The notes under the pieces: model-generated
What the model saw: only the letters and a program-made list of their open reading frames with translations
Database searches by the model: none
Told to the model about the DNA's origin: nothing
Made by a program: the position numbers and the translations under genes
Shown: piece by piece, positions 36,861-50,784 of the stretch
Layout of the letters: every line of letters starts with the position of its first letter
How positions within the stretch are numbered: position 1 is the first letter of the stretch
NCBI GenBank assembly: GCA_002633005.1
Contig: NMRA01000765.1
Coordinates: forward strand, 1-64,000
Direction of reading: 5' to 3'
Length of the DNA: 64,000 nt
Origin: Phoronis australis
Taxonomy: Eukaryota > Animalia > Phoronida

Positions 36861-38913
36861 GTATTGTGAAGAGCTGCTAAACTGGAAGTTGTTATCAAAA
36901 TGGCAGATCTTACGCATTTGCATCCTTTTTCAATCATGCCGTGATGACAATTTGAATGGATAGTCGAACTGACTTGAATTTTTGTATGTGGATTTTCTGA
37001 GGTATACTCTTTTCCAATGACCTATAACAATTTTTTCTCAGACTTGCACCTTTTGAGTTGTTTGACTTTCAATTTCAAAAAATGCATAATTTGAGGCTTT
37101 TTGAGAAGTTTACGGAATTTTGTGAAACCACACGTTAGATAGTTTCAACCGGGATTTCAGATGTTTTCCATTTTTTGCTAGGACGCCTACTTTTGGAATA
37201 TTAGAGATTTTCTGGCAGACATGCCAGCCATTTTGTTTTCGAAATCAGATTCCAATGATCGCAGGGGCCAGAATTTTTTACGTATATGGCTGAAAATCGG
37301 CACGATTGTTATAGAAGACAGGTACTAAAGATTGACCTTATTATGCACTTCTGGTCCAAGATGGCGGAATTATCAGGCAATGTGATTGGACACCTCGATT
37401 TAAGGATGTACTAAGTAGAGCGCACTTGGTGGAAGGGTAAATTCACGAAAAGGGGTACAATCACAGTGATGTCAAAAACATAATTTATGTCTGTTTCTGA
37501 GGTTATTAAACTATGAAAGTTAATATATTGAAGAGATAACAGAGATAGTTTCATGTGGTTATCTTTCAAAGTTCTCACAGAGTTCACAGTTTGATCTCAA
37601 AATTAAGCATATTTACGGACTCGGAAGTTTGACATCCGTAACCGGCCATTTTCTAATGAAGTTAAAACCCTTGCACAAGGCTGCAATTCTTGTTTGTTTA
37701 TTTCAAATCTTTACAGGAATGAATAAAATAGCTAAAATTCGTTGCAGATCTATCCATAACACTGTATAATTAGGCAAATTAATTACTTACAAATGTGATA
37801 ACGGGAGTGACGCATTCCATCGAACCAGTGGACAAAATTCAGACGAATGATTTCCCATATTGCTGACGACCGGTGATTTCAGACTGTTTGACAAAAGTAA
37901 GTTAAAGCTACACCCGAAATGGTAGGACAGTTCTTTCGCAATGATTTTGTTGAACAAATGTTTCATTCAAAAGCACCTCTGTGAATTCCGTCAAACAATC
38001 ACGAACGACCCTTAGCAGCGTCCAAAATTGAACATTTTTCAAAGTACACCACTTTACTAAGCAAGTCAACCATGAGGTAAATGAATTCCATCAAACAATT
38101 TTACCACGTCACGACCATTATCGAAACCCAGTGTCCAACATTTGATTGGCAAATTTTGTAGATATAATTGATTGATTGTTTATACCATCAAATTCACGGC
38201 ACAGGATTCACGGTAAAACACGCACAAGTGTCATTTTCGTTTTCAAGCATGTGCGACTACGAAACGAGGACGAACTGATAACAGCCGTGACAAACAACAA
38301 TGCCCGTCAAAATTGTGTGTCAAGTCACGACCGTTATTCAGTATGTCAATCGTCACGACCACAATTTTTGTAAATATTCTATTGAAAATCATCACGAATT
38401 TGTTATAATGTGTATTTATGTTCAAAGTATGTCCTGAAAATGATAGGTGCGTGTCACAAGCTCCATTTCCAGAGATAAAAAGGAGACCGTATATAGGCGA
38501 AATAAAGGTCATTTATTATGACTGATTATGGTACAAAAATAGTAGTGTAAAATAACAAAATAATAATCTCTGGAAAGATGGGCAATAAAAAGTACAGCAC
38601 TCAGGTAAGACGAACCACCGGAAAAAGGGGGTGGCAGTGGGTGGGAAAAAATGAAGAGAGATTATAGCCAAACGCAAGTGATGCTAAAGCGAAGGTATGA
38701 CAGGAAACATATGATTACTGAGACCAAATGCTAACCCTAAGACACGTGATAATAATTAGCCAATAGGCGCCAGGAGCTGACCAAACTCGAGGCACATGAC
38801 AGAAACGAACCAGTAGTGAGGCTGGTAGTGAAAGGTCCTAGTGCGTGTGAAAACGATGAAAAGGACTGCATGCGAATCTACACAAAGGATTAATGGACCA
38901 GTTTGAATGAAGG

Positions 38914-41420
38914 AACAAGAGCAATGCAGAGCGTTGAAATGCGCCCACGAATGCACCGCAAACGATGTACTTCTAGAGTTATTCATTACTATCATGAAAA
39001 TGGCCACTAGATGGTGCAACTAGTCCACTACATCTGAAAACAGAACATGCCACCGATTCTTTAATAGAAAGCTATTTACCATATTTCCTAGAAATTTGTC
39101 AAGGAACTTCAGAGAAAAGGAAAGCAGAAAAATGAAATTGCCACCAGGGGGCGCAGCATCCGCCTCAAAGTCGTCATCTATTGTTAGCTTCATATGAATA
39201 CACTTACTTAATTTAATCAAGATACTGCATCGGGTTTAGGATATACAGCTACAGCCGCAAAACAAAACGAAACAAAACAAAACCACCACTTGGAGGTGCC
39301 ACAGTAACTGAAGTTGTCAGCGTAACCAACCTCTTCACACTGAGTACATGCCAATTTTCAAAATCATTCTTAGAATGGTTTGGTTGATAGACGGGTGGAT
39401 GCCAAAAAACAAGACTCCAAAACAGTAAAAATGGCCTCTAGGTGGTGCAAAATACCTAAAATACATCCGAAAACGGGAGGATAGCGTCAACTCCCCAATA
39501 GATTCCTATATTCCAAATTATATGAAAATACGTATAGGACTTTTGAAGGTACAAAGGTAAACATAAACAAGAGCAACGCAGAGCATTGAAATGCGCCCTT
39601 AATTGCACCGCATACGGTATCCTTCTAGGGTTGTTTACTGGTACCATAAAGTGGCCAGTAGAGGGCATATATGTAGTATGTTGTACTTTGCAAAATGGAA
39701 AGGCATGGTCATTGTCTCCTCAATAGGCTAGGGGCAAAATGTGAGTGATCTTCATAATACAAGCACATCCTATACATCAGTTGCTTAAAGCGCCACAGAA
39801 ACATAGAATTAAAAACAAATTTACCAACATACGAGATTAGCACAGCATTAGAATGCCAGAAACAAATTTCTACTTGGAACTTTTCCTTCATAGTCACGAA
39901 GTAACACAAAGTATACACTTGAAGACCTATGAAAATACAGAGGTCAATGTAAAATACTAAAATTGCCACTAGAGGCATACCGGTAGTCAGAATCATCCTA
40001 AAGTCGTCATCGTCCGTTGTCAACATCACATAAATACACTTGCTAAATTTAGTAAAGATCCTGCAAACGGTTTGGGAGATACAGCCATGGGCGCAAAAAA
40101 AAAAAACTGCCACTAGGAGGCGCCACAGTAGTCCAAATCGTCTGAAAATCATTGTCAGCTGTCTTCCTTATAGTAAGCACATACACGCCAATTTTCACAA
40201 TCATCCTTTGAGCGGTTTGGTTGATAGAGGGGTGGACGCAAAAATACAGACTCGAAAACAGTAAAAATGGCCACTAGGTGGCGCAAACTACGTCGAATCC
40301 ATCTGAAAACAGTAGGATAGCGTCATCTCACTAATAGGTGCCTACATACCAAATTTCATGAAAATCCGTTCAATACTTTTGAAGATACAAAGGTAAGCGT
40401 AAAAAACTAAAATTGCCACTAGGGGGCACACCGGTAGTCGGATCCGACCAAAAGTCGTCATCTTCCGTTGTTAACATCATATAAATATACTTACACAATT
40501 TGTAAAGATCCTGCGAACGGTTTAGGAGATACAGCCATAGGCGCAAAAAAACAAAACTGCCACTAGGAGGCGCCACAGTAGTCGAAATCGTCGGAAAATC
40601 ATCGTCAACCATCCTCTACATAGTAAGCATATACATGCCAATTTTCACAATCATCCTTTGAGCGGTTTGGTTGATAGAGGGGTGGACGCACAAAAACAGA
40701 CTCGAAAACACTAAAAATGGCCACTAGGTGGCGCAAACTATGTCGAATCCATCTGAAAACGGGAGGATAGCGTCATCTCACTAATAGGTGCCTACATACC
40801 AAATTTCATGAAAATCCAATAAGGACTTGTGAAGATACAAAGGTAAGCGTAAAAAAATTAAAATTGCCACTAGGGGGCACACCGGTAGTCGGATCCGTCC
40901 GAAAGTTCGCACATGCCGTCCCATTCATGAATGGAATAAATGTCCCAAATTTCATGAACATATGTCAAAGGGTTTTGGAGATAGAGCAGCAGACGCCGGA
41001 CGGACGCCGCCCGTACGGACGGACGGACGGAGATGACGGCATAATGCGTCCACATATAAATATGTGGGCGCAAAACTAAAACTGCCACTAGGGGACGCAC
41101 TGGTTATTTGATTCTGTGCGAAAGTCGTCACTGTCCGTTGCCACCATCATATAAACACACTTGCCAAGTTTAGTACAGATCCTGCACAGGGTTTAGGAGA
41201 TACAGCCATGGGCGCAAAGAAAACAAAACTGCCACTACAAGGCACCACAGTAGTCGAAGTCATTGGAAAATCATAGTCAGCCATCCTCTTGATGGTAAAA
41301 ACATACATCATCCTTAGAGCGGTTTGGTTGATAGAGGGGTGGACGCCACATAACAGACTTGAAAAACAGTAAAAATGGCCACTAAGAAGCGCAAACTAGG
41401 TCAAATCCATCTGAAAATGT
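38914..41420 (-). mobile_element. Nested DINE/HINE-like copies with ~450-bp tandem central repeats
   Basis: Element ends aacaagagcaa at 38914 and 39566. Repeat period ~450 bp (40110 versus 40560). (ggac)n plus palindrome at ~41000-41072. Confidence 0.8.
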
Positions 41421-41673
41421 CATGAATTCTCATGAAGTTAATTAAGTGCAAATTTCATCATTTCCTATGACGTACAACTATCCCAACAAAACAGTTTATG
41501 TTATATAACAATTCCGGACATCTTGTGTTGTTGTTTACTATTTCACTGACCAGTGCCCACTCATAGTGAAACCCTATATGCCAAACAGCTGCCCAGACTC
41601 CATTCATGTTTATGAGTTGGATGAAATCACCAGAACTCTCAATATTGTTGTTGTTTTGCACTCACAACCCACT

Positions 41674-41995
41674 CATATTTCTATTCACTATATATATTGT
41701 AGCTAGAGTTAATAAACTTCGTGTGTCAGTAGAAACTCAACGACTGTGTTAGTTTTTATGCTGCTCTCCATCGACTTGCTGTTGCTACCTTGTTAGCCAA
41801 CTATCTACCGTTCAATCAAGAACCGGGTAAACCCACACATATTTCTATTCACTATATATATTGTAGCTAGAGTTAATAAACTTTGTGTGTCAGTAGAAAC
41901 TCAACGACTGTGTTAGTTTTAATGCTGCTCTCCATCGACTTGCTGTTGCTACCTTGTTAGCCAACTATCTACCGTTCAATCAAGAACCGGGTAAT
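41674..41995. repeat. Tandem duplication of a ~164-bp unit
   Basis: catatttctattcactatatatattgtagc...caagaaccgggtaa occurs twice, nearly identical. Confidence 0.9.
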
Positions 41996-42007
41996 CCCCC
42001 AACTATA

Positions 42008-42123
42008 CTACCACGACCATCCCCACACTTGTGGAATCTGTGTCTCCACATTGCCGATATTTCCATCATTGCTGGTGCCATTACTACAACCATCAGGGGG
42101 TTCAAACGCTCCAGACAGTGTCT
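42008..42123 (-). CDS. Gene B putative cytoplasmic exon (ETLSGAFEPPDGCSNGTSNDGNIGNVETQIPQVWGWSW*)
   Basis: In frame (phase 1) after a 71-nt GT-AG intron and open for 37 codons before TAG. The polypyrimidine tract is weak. Confidence 0.4.
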
Positions 42124-42194
42124 CTACCATGTATATTTAAAGCTAATGGCCATTTCTACAGTTCTCACCACAACTATTGGAACAATTAACTCAC

Positions 42195-42306
42195 CATTCT
42201 TCTTCTTGAGCAGGATTACTAGGATGACTATGGTCACAATAAGACCCACACCTACTAGAGCACAAACAACAACAGCTGCGATTGGAATCTGCAGTGAAGA
42301 AGACCC
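42195..42306 (-). CDS. Gene B transmembrane exon (GSSSLQIPIAAVVVCALVGVGLIVTIVILVILLKKKN)
   Basis: Acceptor ctctgttctttccag, donor gtgagt. 112 nt, phase 0 to 1. Hydrophobic helix followed by KKK. Confidence 0.88.
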
Positions 42307-44569
42307 CTGGAAAGAACAGAGTTTACTACACAATTTTTCAGTATGCATAGCGATCATTTCAATTCACGCTCACCTAAAGCAGTAATAGACAACAGCAACT
42401 CACAGAGATCGGTGCTCTACACATTCCCACTGAAACCAGCAACAAGACCATATAGAGAAGAAATTACTCCTGTTCAAAGCCTATCTTCAACCGTAACACA
42501 ATGTAAAATTGGTTCCTACAGTATGTCAAGAGCAACGCTCTGAACCCACTAGTGCCATAAATTGCCAAATGTAACAAACTGTTAGGCGTATTGGCACGCT
42601 TTTGTCTATGACACCGCGAGAATCACCTTTCAATTCAAACCGCTGAGATTAACACCCGCACGCAATGGTGTTTTGTTCAGATCCCTCTTCAATACAACCT
42701 TTTGTTGTTAGTGCTGGGATCTCGCGGTGACGTAACATGGCACGAAAAGGCAGCTTCACTTATCATTTGACGGGCTCACACTTGCGTGATTGAACTCGCG
42801 TTTTCTTATTTTACTAAAGCTTTGCTAGGACTATCTGGTTAGCACAATACATCTAAAGTAACAAAATACCCCGTCGAAGTTAGGCTTCAAGGTCTTGGGA
42901 ACAGTATCTCATTACAGCACGTCACAAAAGATTTAATGACTAGTCCTCAACTTTCATAACACGCAAAATTTGGAGTGAAAACTTGGTATAACGCAGAGGA
43001 TCCATTCACACATTTCAACTGATCAGTGAAGAATTTGAAACAGAAATCTTTAAAATAAAATAGACCACGTTAATTTTTTTTATCCACACTAGGGTGATGC
43101 TCATCTCTCACAGTTTTACCCAGCAAATATTTGATAGACCACAGTGCAGAAACACTGGTGAAAACATATTATTAAGTCAAAAATTAAAAAATAAAGGTAA
43201 AATAATTTGTGTAATAACTCTATTACAAGAATCTGCAACACTTGCATCTCATTATCTCATTATGGCGTTCTCCCGTTGAGTCCAACTTGTTTGATTGAAT
43301 AGCAAAACAAGTTGGGAAAGGATGACCACTGCAGCCAATACCTTACACAACTGAAGAAGTAAGTCCATTCTGGCATTTATGGTTGGAGGGTTAGCTCTCT
43401 TTTGTTCGATAACTGTTCTAATCTCCAAATCATATCTAGCCAGCTGACTGGGCCGTGCTGTTAAAAATAAAAGTTAAGTTATGAAATGGTGGAACATAAA
43501 TCAATAACGTTACTGAATTCCTCGTCAAATGCTGATCATGTTTATTTTTTGAATTGCCAAAATTGCCCATACTACAACCAAAGTTAAGACAATATATCAT
43601 GTCTGATTAGCGTACCAATGCACTGGGTTTGACTGTTGACACGTGGCCGGTAACAAGCCTGGTTGATAACTGGCCTGCATGTTGTCATACCAGACAAAAG
43701 ACTGTGCTCGGCAGTTAACAAAGGAGTTAGGTGTCATCACACACTCACAACTGCTCTGTGTCTGGTAAAGCAACTGAATAGGAGAACGCCCTAATGTGAT
43801 AAAATGGAAATGATTCGATGGAATTAACCTCGTATTCATTAATTTGGGTTAACTGCTTAGAGTTCAGTATCTACCCAGCTGCGAATGAAAAACTGCATAG
43901 CTTAAAATTACCACTGAGTTTACGTACATCTCCCGTCTTTTCCTTACTTCTTTCGGCACACAACGAAATGACCTACAAACATCTATGACATGTCATTAAC
44001 AGTCCAGGAATCAAGGTCTAATCTCCAAATTCAAAATCATATCAGACTCAAAACAGCCAATCACACTGCATCATGTGATTACAAGTTGGTACGTTAATTC
44101 AAAGTATGTCAATTTCCAAGTTGAGTTTCGACTACAAACATTACACCCCCGCCGTACTCTCACCACTGAATCTGCAAGCTTGTTCAGCTTTATGAGAAGT
44201 CTCCAAGAAAAGATCAATAAAGCTGACGACCTCCTGACTTGACCTTCCACTCCACGACAACTTGTGTGCAGTTGACCTGAGTGGGGCCAAGTCTTAGGAT
44301 ACCACACCAAACCAAAATACAATTATCCTAACACACTTTATACCACAATATCAGCCTCGAATGACCAAGATTACTGTGTAATAACCCATTTAGTTTATTA
44401 AACGACGTTACATAAGATTTTGGCGGGACACCCAATATACCACAATATCAGCCTCGAATGACTAATACATTTAGTTTATTAAACGACATTACATAACATT
44501 TTGGCGGGACACCCAGGCCAGTTTCGAACCCGCTCCACAAAAGTTTCGAGTCGTCGACTTACGGTCACT

Positions 44570-45306
44570 GCACCACTCAGCAGCTGACATCATCGAACGT
44601 GAAAAAAGAATACTTATAAGTGAGCACACGCAATAATCGCATGTTCAACAAAGGGCATTATATCGACATTTATACACAATGAAAAGTACGACGCATAATT
44701 TCCACAAAAAAAAAACATTTTAATTCAGTTACATTTATCTCTCATTTTCTCTCACTTGTAAATCATTGATCTCCAATTTGAATGGGGGTACTGCGTCGGT
44801 GGGCGGATCCTTTGACTTAGGCATTATACTCACTGACAGTAAGCAGTGGTAACCTACTTTAGAAGACGATATTTTCACGGTCGAAGCTTAGTGTGTTGAA
44901 ATGCACAGTAAGCTAGACTAGTTGCTAAAACGTAATTTACAGAATTCACTTTATTTCTATTTTGTTTAAATGTTCAATTGCTTTTGAGTAAAAACATTAT
45001 TTTGACAAAAATAATTCGGCTTTTCTTAAAAGGACACGACCTCTGACCCCAGACCTCTGACATAGAAAGTAGTTACAAAGTCGAGATGAGTCGAGAAAGG
45101 TATATCGATTCTTTGCAATGTTTCTCGTTCAGTATGTGGTATGAATAGATTATTACATGTTCTCAGTCGTTATCCCCTTATCTAGAACCCGAGTGGATTT
45201 TGTAGAATTATCACCCTCGGGGCTAGGCCTGATCGGGTGATAATTCTCCAAAATCCACTAGGGCTCTAAATTACTGGTTATAACGACTTCGCCATGTAAT
45301 AATCTA
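44570..45306. mobile_element. Inverted second copy of the long-hairpin repeat
   Basis: Palindrome at 45146-45306 and reverse-complement similarity to 11057-11720. Confidence 0.75.
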
Positions 45307-45806
45307 TATGTATTATTCTGATGAAAAGAGGACAATGTTAGCTTTGTTATAATTATTATAACGAGATGGATTCACAGGTAAACAGGTAAACAAAAATAAG
45401 TATAAGAACAACAGGTACACAAATATCCCCAGCTACAAGGACTTGTCACATTGTTAAAATGTTACAAAATGAGATAGCCAACACCTTTTAGTTGATTTCG
45501 TTTTCTCACTTCTACAAGTCAACTAGTTTTACACTAGCCTCCTAATATTTTCAAATGATAATTAAACATAATTGCTGAAGACTGAACAGAAGGTGCAGGA
45601 TATGTATACTCCACAAAAGTCAGGAGCTAATATACAGCGTGCTGAGACCAACAAAGCCTCGTAGTTCATATTATTTAGAATACACAGCCAACCAACAGCA
45701 GGAGAAGTAACACGATAATGAACAACTCACTCCACATTATTGTTATTACTATCAAAAAATTATCCGTTTTTGTTTCAGATTTAGCAAATCATATCTAGTT
45801 ACTCAC

Positions 45807-45845
45807 CCCATCATTTGTGTTTTTCGATGAAGGCACTTCCAAAGT
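45807..45845 (-). CDS. Gene B juxtamembrane micro-exon (TLEVPSSKNTNDG)
   Basis: 39 nt, phase 0-0. Acceptor aattttcttcag, donor gtgagt. Confidence 0.65.
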
Positions 45846-46650
45846 CTGAAGAAAATTTACTGTATAAATTAGCACTGAAGCTCTAAATGATTTCACCAAG
45901 TACTTTAGGATTTCCCAAAATGTCGCTGTTCAACCAATGAAAAATAAAATCACCTCTTGCAAAAATTATGTGCACAGAAACACGGCAACTTAACAAAGGA
46001 GAGTTTGTGATACTGAGATATGACTGCAAACTGGCATGCTTTTAATCATACATGTAGAATCAATGTATAGATGACATTAAGCAATGGTAAGACATTTTGA
46101 TTTAGCTTACTACCTGAAGGCTGAAGCCATAACCACAGGTCTTGGGTGGCCCTATTTCGAAGGCGCACAACCCAAAAATCATAAAACGAAAGTTCAGGCA
46201 AAACTAAAAGAGCATAGATATTTTAGAATATTGTTTAATGTCCATTTTGTGTCATTTTTATCTCGAGATAACTTCTTTGTAATAAAAAGAAAACTTGTGA
46301 ATGGCTTTGAATTTTATTGTATCTGCTTCTAGAAGGCAATGTAAAGTTGTCCCTACACCTCGCTATAGTTTACTTTAAGAGAAAGTTTCATCACCATGGA
46401 TACAAACAATTTTGGGTAGTGCCACTAGGTTCATGTTTAAAAGTCAGAATACCATTTTGTATTGGTACAACAATTTTTTAAATTAACGTAAAAATCCAGT
46501 CAGCCAGCTTTTGAACATTTTAAGCAGGCAGACTTGACTTTTATGTTTAAAAAATTGTTGTACCATAATTACAAAATGGTATTCTCAAAAGGAATCACTA
46601 ATCAATTTTAGATAGCTGCTACAGTATGGGTGAATTATAATCTTACTTAC

Positions 46651-46701
46651 AGACAGCGGTGCTGTTACAGTTGGGCTCCGTGTTGATGGTACTTGCTTGC
46701 T
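46651..46701 (-). CDS. Gene B stalk micro-exon (SKQVPSTRSPTVTAPLS)
   Basis: 51 nt, phase 0-0. Donor gtaagt. Flanks paralogous to the other stalk cassettes. Confidence 0.75.
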
Positions 46702-47282
46702 CTAATTAAGTGAAATTAGTATTTAACAGCATAAAGACATACAATGTGACATCAAATACAATACAAAAGGGCAGTGGCATGCTTCACTACAGCAGTGCTA
46801 TCACTGAAGAGGCCACCCTTATTTTAAATATCACAATCATAAATAAAAACTACAACATAACACTATTTGATCGCGATGGACCGACCCGAGTGGCCACACC
46901 CGGCACTACGGTCTGTCAAAATTGCCCAGTAAACCGCAAGCTTTTGACATGTGAGTCATGCCCGCACACATCAGCCAATGGCATTAAGATAAAAATAGTC
47001 TAACAACACAAGACATTCGTTTTCACTTTGTAGCTCTTTTGAGAGATTTTAATAAATAACACACCTGAAACCTCCATAAAATCTGATGCCACATGACTGT
47101 GCATGTGTATTGACGAAGTTAACGCAGAGATCGCTAAGTTCAACCGATTTAATTTAATAACTATTACAGTACTACGCTTGTAAAGCGGTTCCCTTTGTTC
47201 CTAAAATTTTCTGTTAAAAATACAGGTTACAGTTATTAACTCTTGTACGCAGTATGAATGGACGAAGTATAATCATACTTAC

Positions 47283-47324
47283 ATCTGGTGTCACAGTTGT
47301 TGATGGTACTGTTCGTAGCTGTGC
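47283..47324 (-). CDS. Gene B stalk micro-exon (AQLRTVPSTTVTPD)
   Basis: 42 nt, phase 0-0. Acceptor tttcatttaatcag, donor gtaagt. Confidence 0.75.
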
Positions 47325-48444
47325 CTGATTAAATGAAATCTAATTAACAGCCTGAAGACATAAAATGCGAGACCAAATACACTGCACTTGGAAGTCAAAA
47401 GGGTGGGGTATGTTTCACGAAAATGTCAAACCGAAATTTTTACATAGCCCAGTTTAAGTAGTGACTTACAACTGGTCATTAAGTTTCAGATTTTATATAT
47501 CTCTTTAGATTGTGTGAAAAAACAGGGCAAAGTTATGGCACAAAAGTGACACAGGCCCCCACATGCTCCTTCAGGGTCAGGGTCAGGGTCAGGGTCAGGG
47601 TCAGGGCAAAGTTATGGCACTAAAGTGACACAGGCCCCCCGCATGCTTCTTCGATACAATTTGTCATTTTCCATATGGCATTATAATGTACAATAGTTAA
47701 GCTTGAGAATCACTTTTGCCATCGAATCGCACCTTTGTCTTTTCTAACAAAATTTTAAGGAACTGGAACTGTTTTTCAATAAACTAAAACCATACGCCGG
47801 GCGTATATATTTCAGAAGATTTAAAACTTCTTTCCTCCGCAGACCATTCACCACTAACCTCATTACACGCCGTAGATTCAAACGATCAATCAGCAAATTT
47901 TAAAATATTTCTGACTAAAGTTTTAAAACTTGGACGAAACTAGTTTCCAGGCAACACAATTTTTAACCAGTCATATCACTCTTACCTTGAAAGACAGAAT
48001 GACTGAACAGCTTTCACTGCACTACAACTCAGAGTGAAGTTTGGCCTAGTCACTAAAGTGGAATGTTGCACGCTATTGTCAAATGCGAGCGCTATGAAAT
48101 TTTTGTAATACATAAGCTCTGTTTAATATAAACAGAGATCATGTACCAGGCGAGTGTCATGGTAAATAATCAGCGAGTGGCAAAGCGAACTGTTTCTTAG
48201 AGCAAAGTGTGCAATACAGTGAACAAGAGATGCGATGGAAAGGATTGCCAAGATATCAGTGACTATTCACATAGCCTCGGAGTTTTACGAGATAGCCTAA
48301 ACATTTCAATTTATTCCAAAATATGATTCACCAGCGAAATTTGATGCAGAAGCTGATTTAACTGTATGTACATGATAACCTTACGCCGAAACGGACAAAC
48401 TTTGTATCAAATGGGCATCAGGGCCCTGGGCTGCATAAAACAAT

Positions 48445-48694
48445 AACAAGAGCAACGCGGAGCGTTGAAATGCGCCCACAATTGCACCGCATACGGTATC
48501 CTTCTAGGGTTGTTTATTGGTACCATAAAGTGGCCAGTAGAGGGCATACTTTGCAAAATGGAAAGGCATGGTCATTGTCTCCTCAATAGGCTAGGGGCAA
48601 AATGTGAGTAATCTTCATAATACAAGCACATCCTATACACCAGTTGCTTAAAGCACCACAGAAACATAGAATTAAAAACAAATTTACCAACATA
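48445..48694 (-). mobile_element. HINE-like element end truncated at the N (48695)
   Basis: aacaagagcaacgcggagcgttgaaatgcgcccac (perfect CAACGC-GGA-GCGTTG hairpin). Empty site in the duplicate at ~51823. Confidence 0.8.
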
Positions 48695-50748
48695 NCAGTG
48701 GCATGCTTCACTACAGCAGTGCTATCACTGAAGAGGCCACCCTCATTTTAAATATCACAATCATAAATAAAAACTACAACATAACACTATTTGATCGCGA
48801 TGGACCGACCCGAGTGGCCTCACCCGGCACTACGGTCTGTCAAAATTGCCCAGCAAACCGCAAGCTTTTGACATGTGAGTCACGCCCGCACACATCAGCC
48901 AATGGCATTAAGATAAAAATAGTCTAACAACACAAGACATTCGTTTTCACTTTGTAGCTCTTTTGAGAGATTTTAATAAATAACACACCTGAGACCTCCA
49001 TAAAATCTGATGACACATGACTGGTCATGTATATTGACGAAGTTTACGCAGAGATCGCTAAGTTCAACCGATTTAATTTAATAACTATTACAGTACTACG
49101 CTTGTAAAGCGGTTCCCTTTGTTCCTAAAATTTTCTGTTAAAAATACAGGTTACAGTCAGTGATAATTTTCAACTAAATATACACAAACTTTCACCTATG
49201 AAGTGCATAAGCTTGAGTTGAATTTTCGCGAAAATATCAAATTGCATGAACATGACTGTGTGAATCTACAGCAATCTATTTCATGCAATACCACGCAGCT
49301 GAGAGATCTGTTTATGAGCTGGACAACGTGGCTGCAGACTTATTAATAATATTAGAGTAAATTAAGATGCTTTGGAGTTTCAAAATTAGAACGATGAAAG
49401 TGGGTAATTTGATTGCATGTGTAAAAAATATAACAAAATTACTGTTATATTTTTTTAGTAATAATTAAATTTGCATCAGCCAGTAGCCCTCTAAGTTATG
49501 TCTCTAGTTCTTAAAACGACTAATTTATTTTAAATGGTTTGCATGGGTCGCTGGCATTTGATGATTGCCACCTTTTTAAGAGACACATCTTACGTGATTT
49601 GTCTCCAATTAAATGGCTTTCGCTCTGAACGCACTCTCCATGGTCATGCATTCTTTCGTTGTTGAAGCATCCCAACTTTGGCTACCAAAATCAGTTTTTC
49701 ACAACAAAATATTTTTATTTTGAAGAGTTTGCAATTCAAAGCTCCACGCTAATTCACCAAAAGTAGTTCCACTAACAGTCCAAACATTATGTTTATTGCC
49801 CATACAGCACCAGTGAGTAATAGTCCTATTCAAATCTGTGGTTTTTGAGATATCTAGTAGACACAGACAAAATGATGACAACATGCAACCACAAACACAC
49901 GCATGCATGCACACGTGTGTGGGTGCATAAAAATGTAAAAACACAATGAGTATTCTGCATGCAGGACAGTCTAATGGTGACTTACGACTGGTCATTAGTT
50001 TGATGCCTACTAGTCTCCATTAAGATATTTGTCAAAATAATGATATCTAAGCCAAACAGGCCCCTTTGGTACATCAAGCTTAAAAACATATATATGTTCC
50101 AAGATGGTATATACCATGTCGTCAAGGCAATGCGACACGTGATAAGGTAATGTCATTGTTGCGATCCAATAACAGTATACACTATACAACTATTCTGGAA
50201 GAATAAAACAATCCCACTGTTTAAGCTGTCATGTTGAATTATTCACTGATTTGAGTTGAGGAATAAAAACACTTAGCACACTAGTCTAATACTGGATTGC
50301 TATCAAATAGACAGGCAAGTCAAATCGCAGGCAATACATTCACACGTCATTTTCAAATTAACACTTATAGGGTAGGCCAAATTTAGTAAATTCACAACGA
50401 TTTTTCTTGAATGGCCTTGAGGTTCTTGTTGGTAACAAAAATAGAACCCTATCAAGGCAAGGAAAATTAGGAGACCGATCTTGTAAGAGCAAAAAGCTTA
50501 TTTTAAAAGTAGATTTTAATTCCATTTTACCCAACTAAACAGGAGGAGATGCAGCCGTAAACATCGAAAAAATGAATTAAAATTCAGAATTTCTATGTTT
50601 CTGTTGTCAAAGAAAACCTTAATTTTTGCAATATTTAAGAATCCCTTGTTACAGTTTTTGTGGGTTGAGATTTCCCAGTTCAGTGACAGATTTATCTGTT
50701 ATTAACTTTTGTACGCAGTATGAATGGACGAAGTATAATCATACTTAC

Positions 50749-50784
50749 ATCTGGTGTTGTTGACGGTACTGTTTGTAGCTGTGC
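50749..50784 (-). CDS. Gene B stalk micro-exon (AQLQTVPSTTPD)
   Basis: 36 nt, phase 0-0. Paralog (or allele) of 47283-47324 with an in-frame 6-nt indel. Confidence 0.7.

Noticed and set aside
44515-44580. tRNA gene candidate
   Set aside because: Only A/B-box-like motifs. No convincing cloverleaf or acceptor stem, and it is embedded in a repeat.
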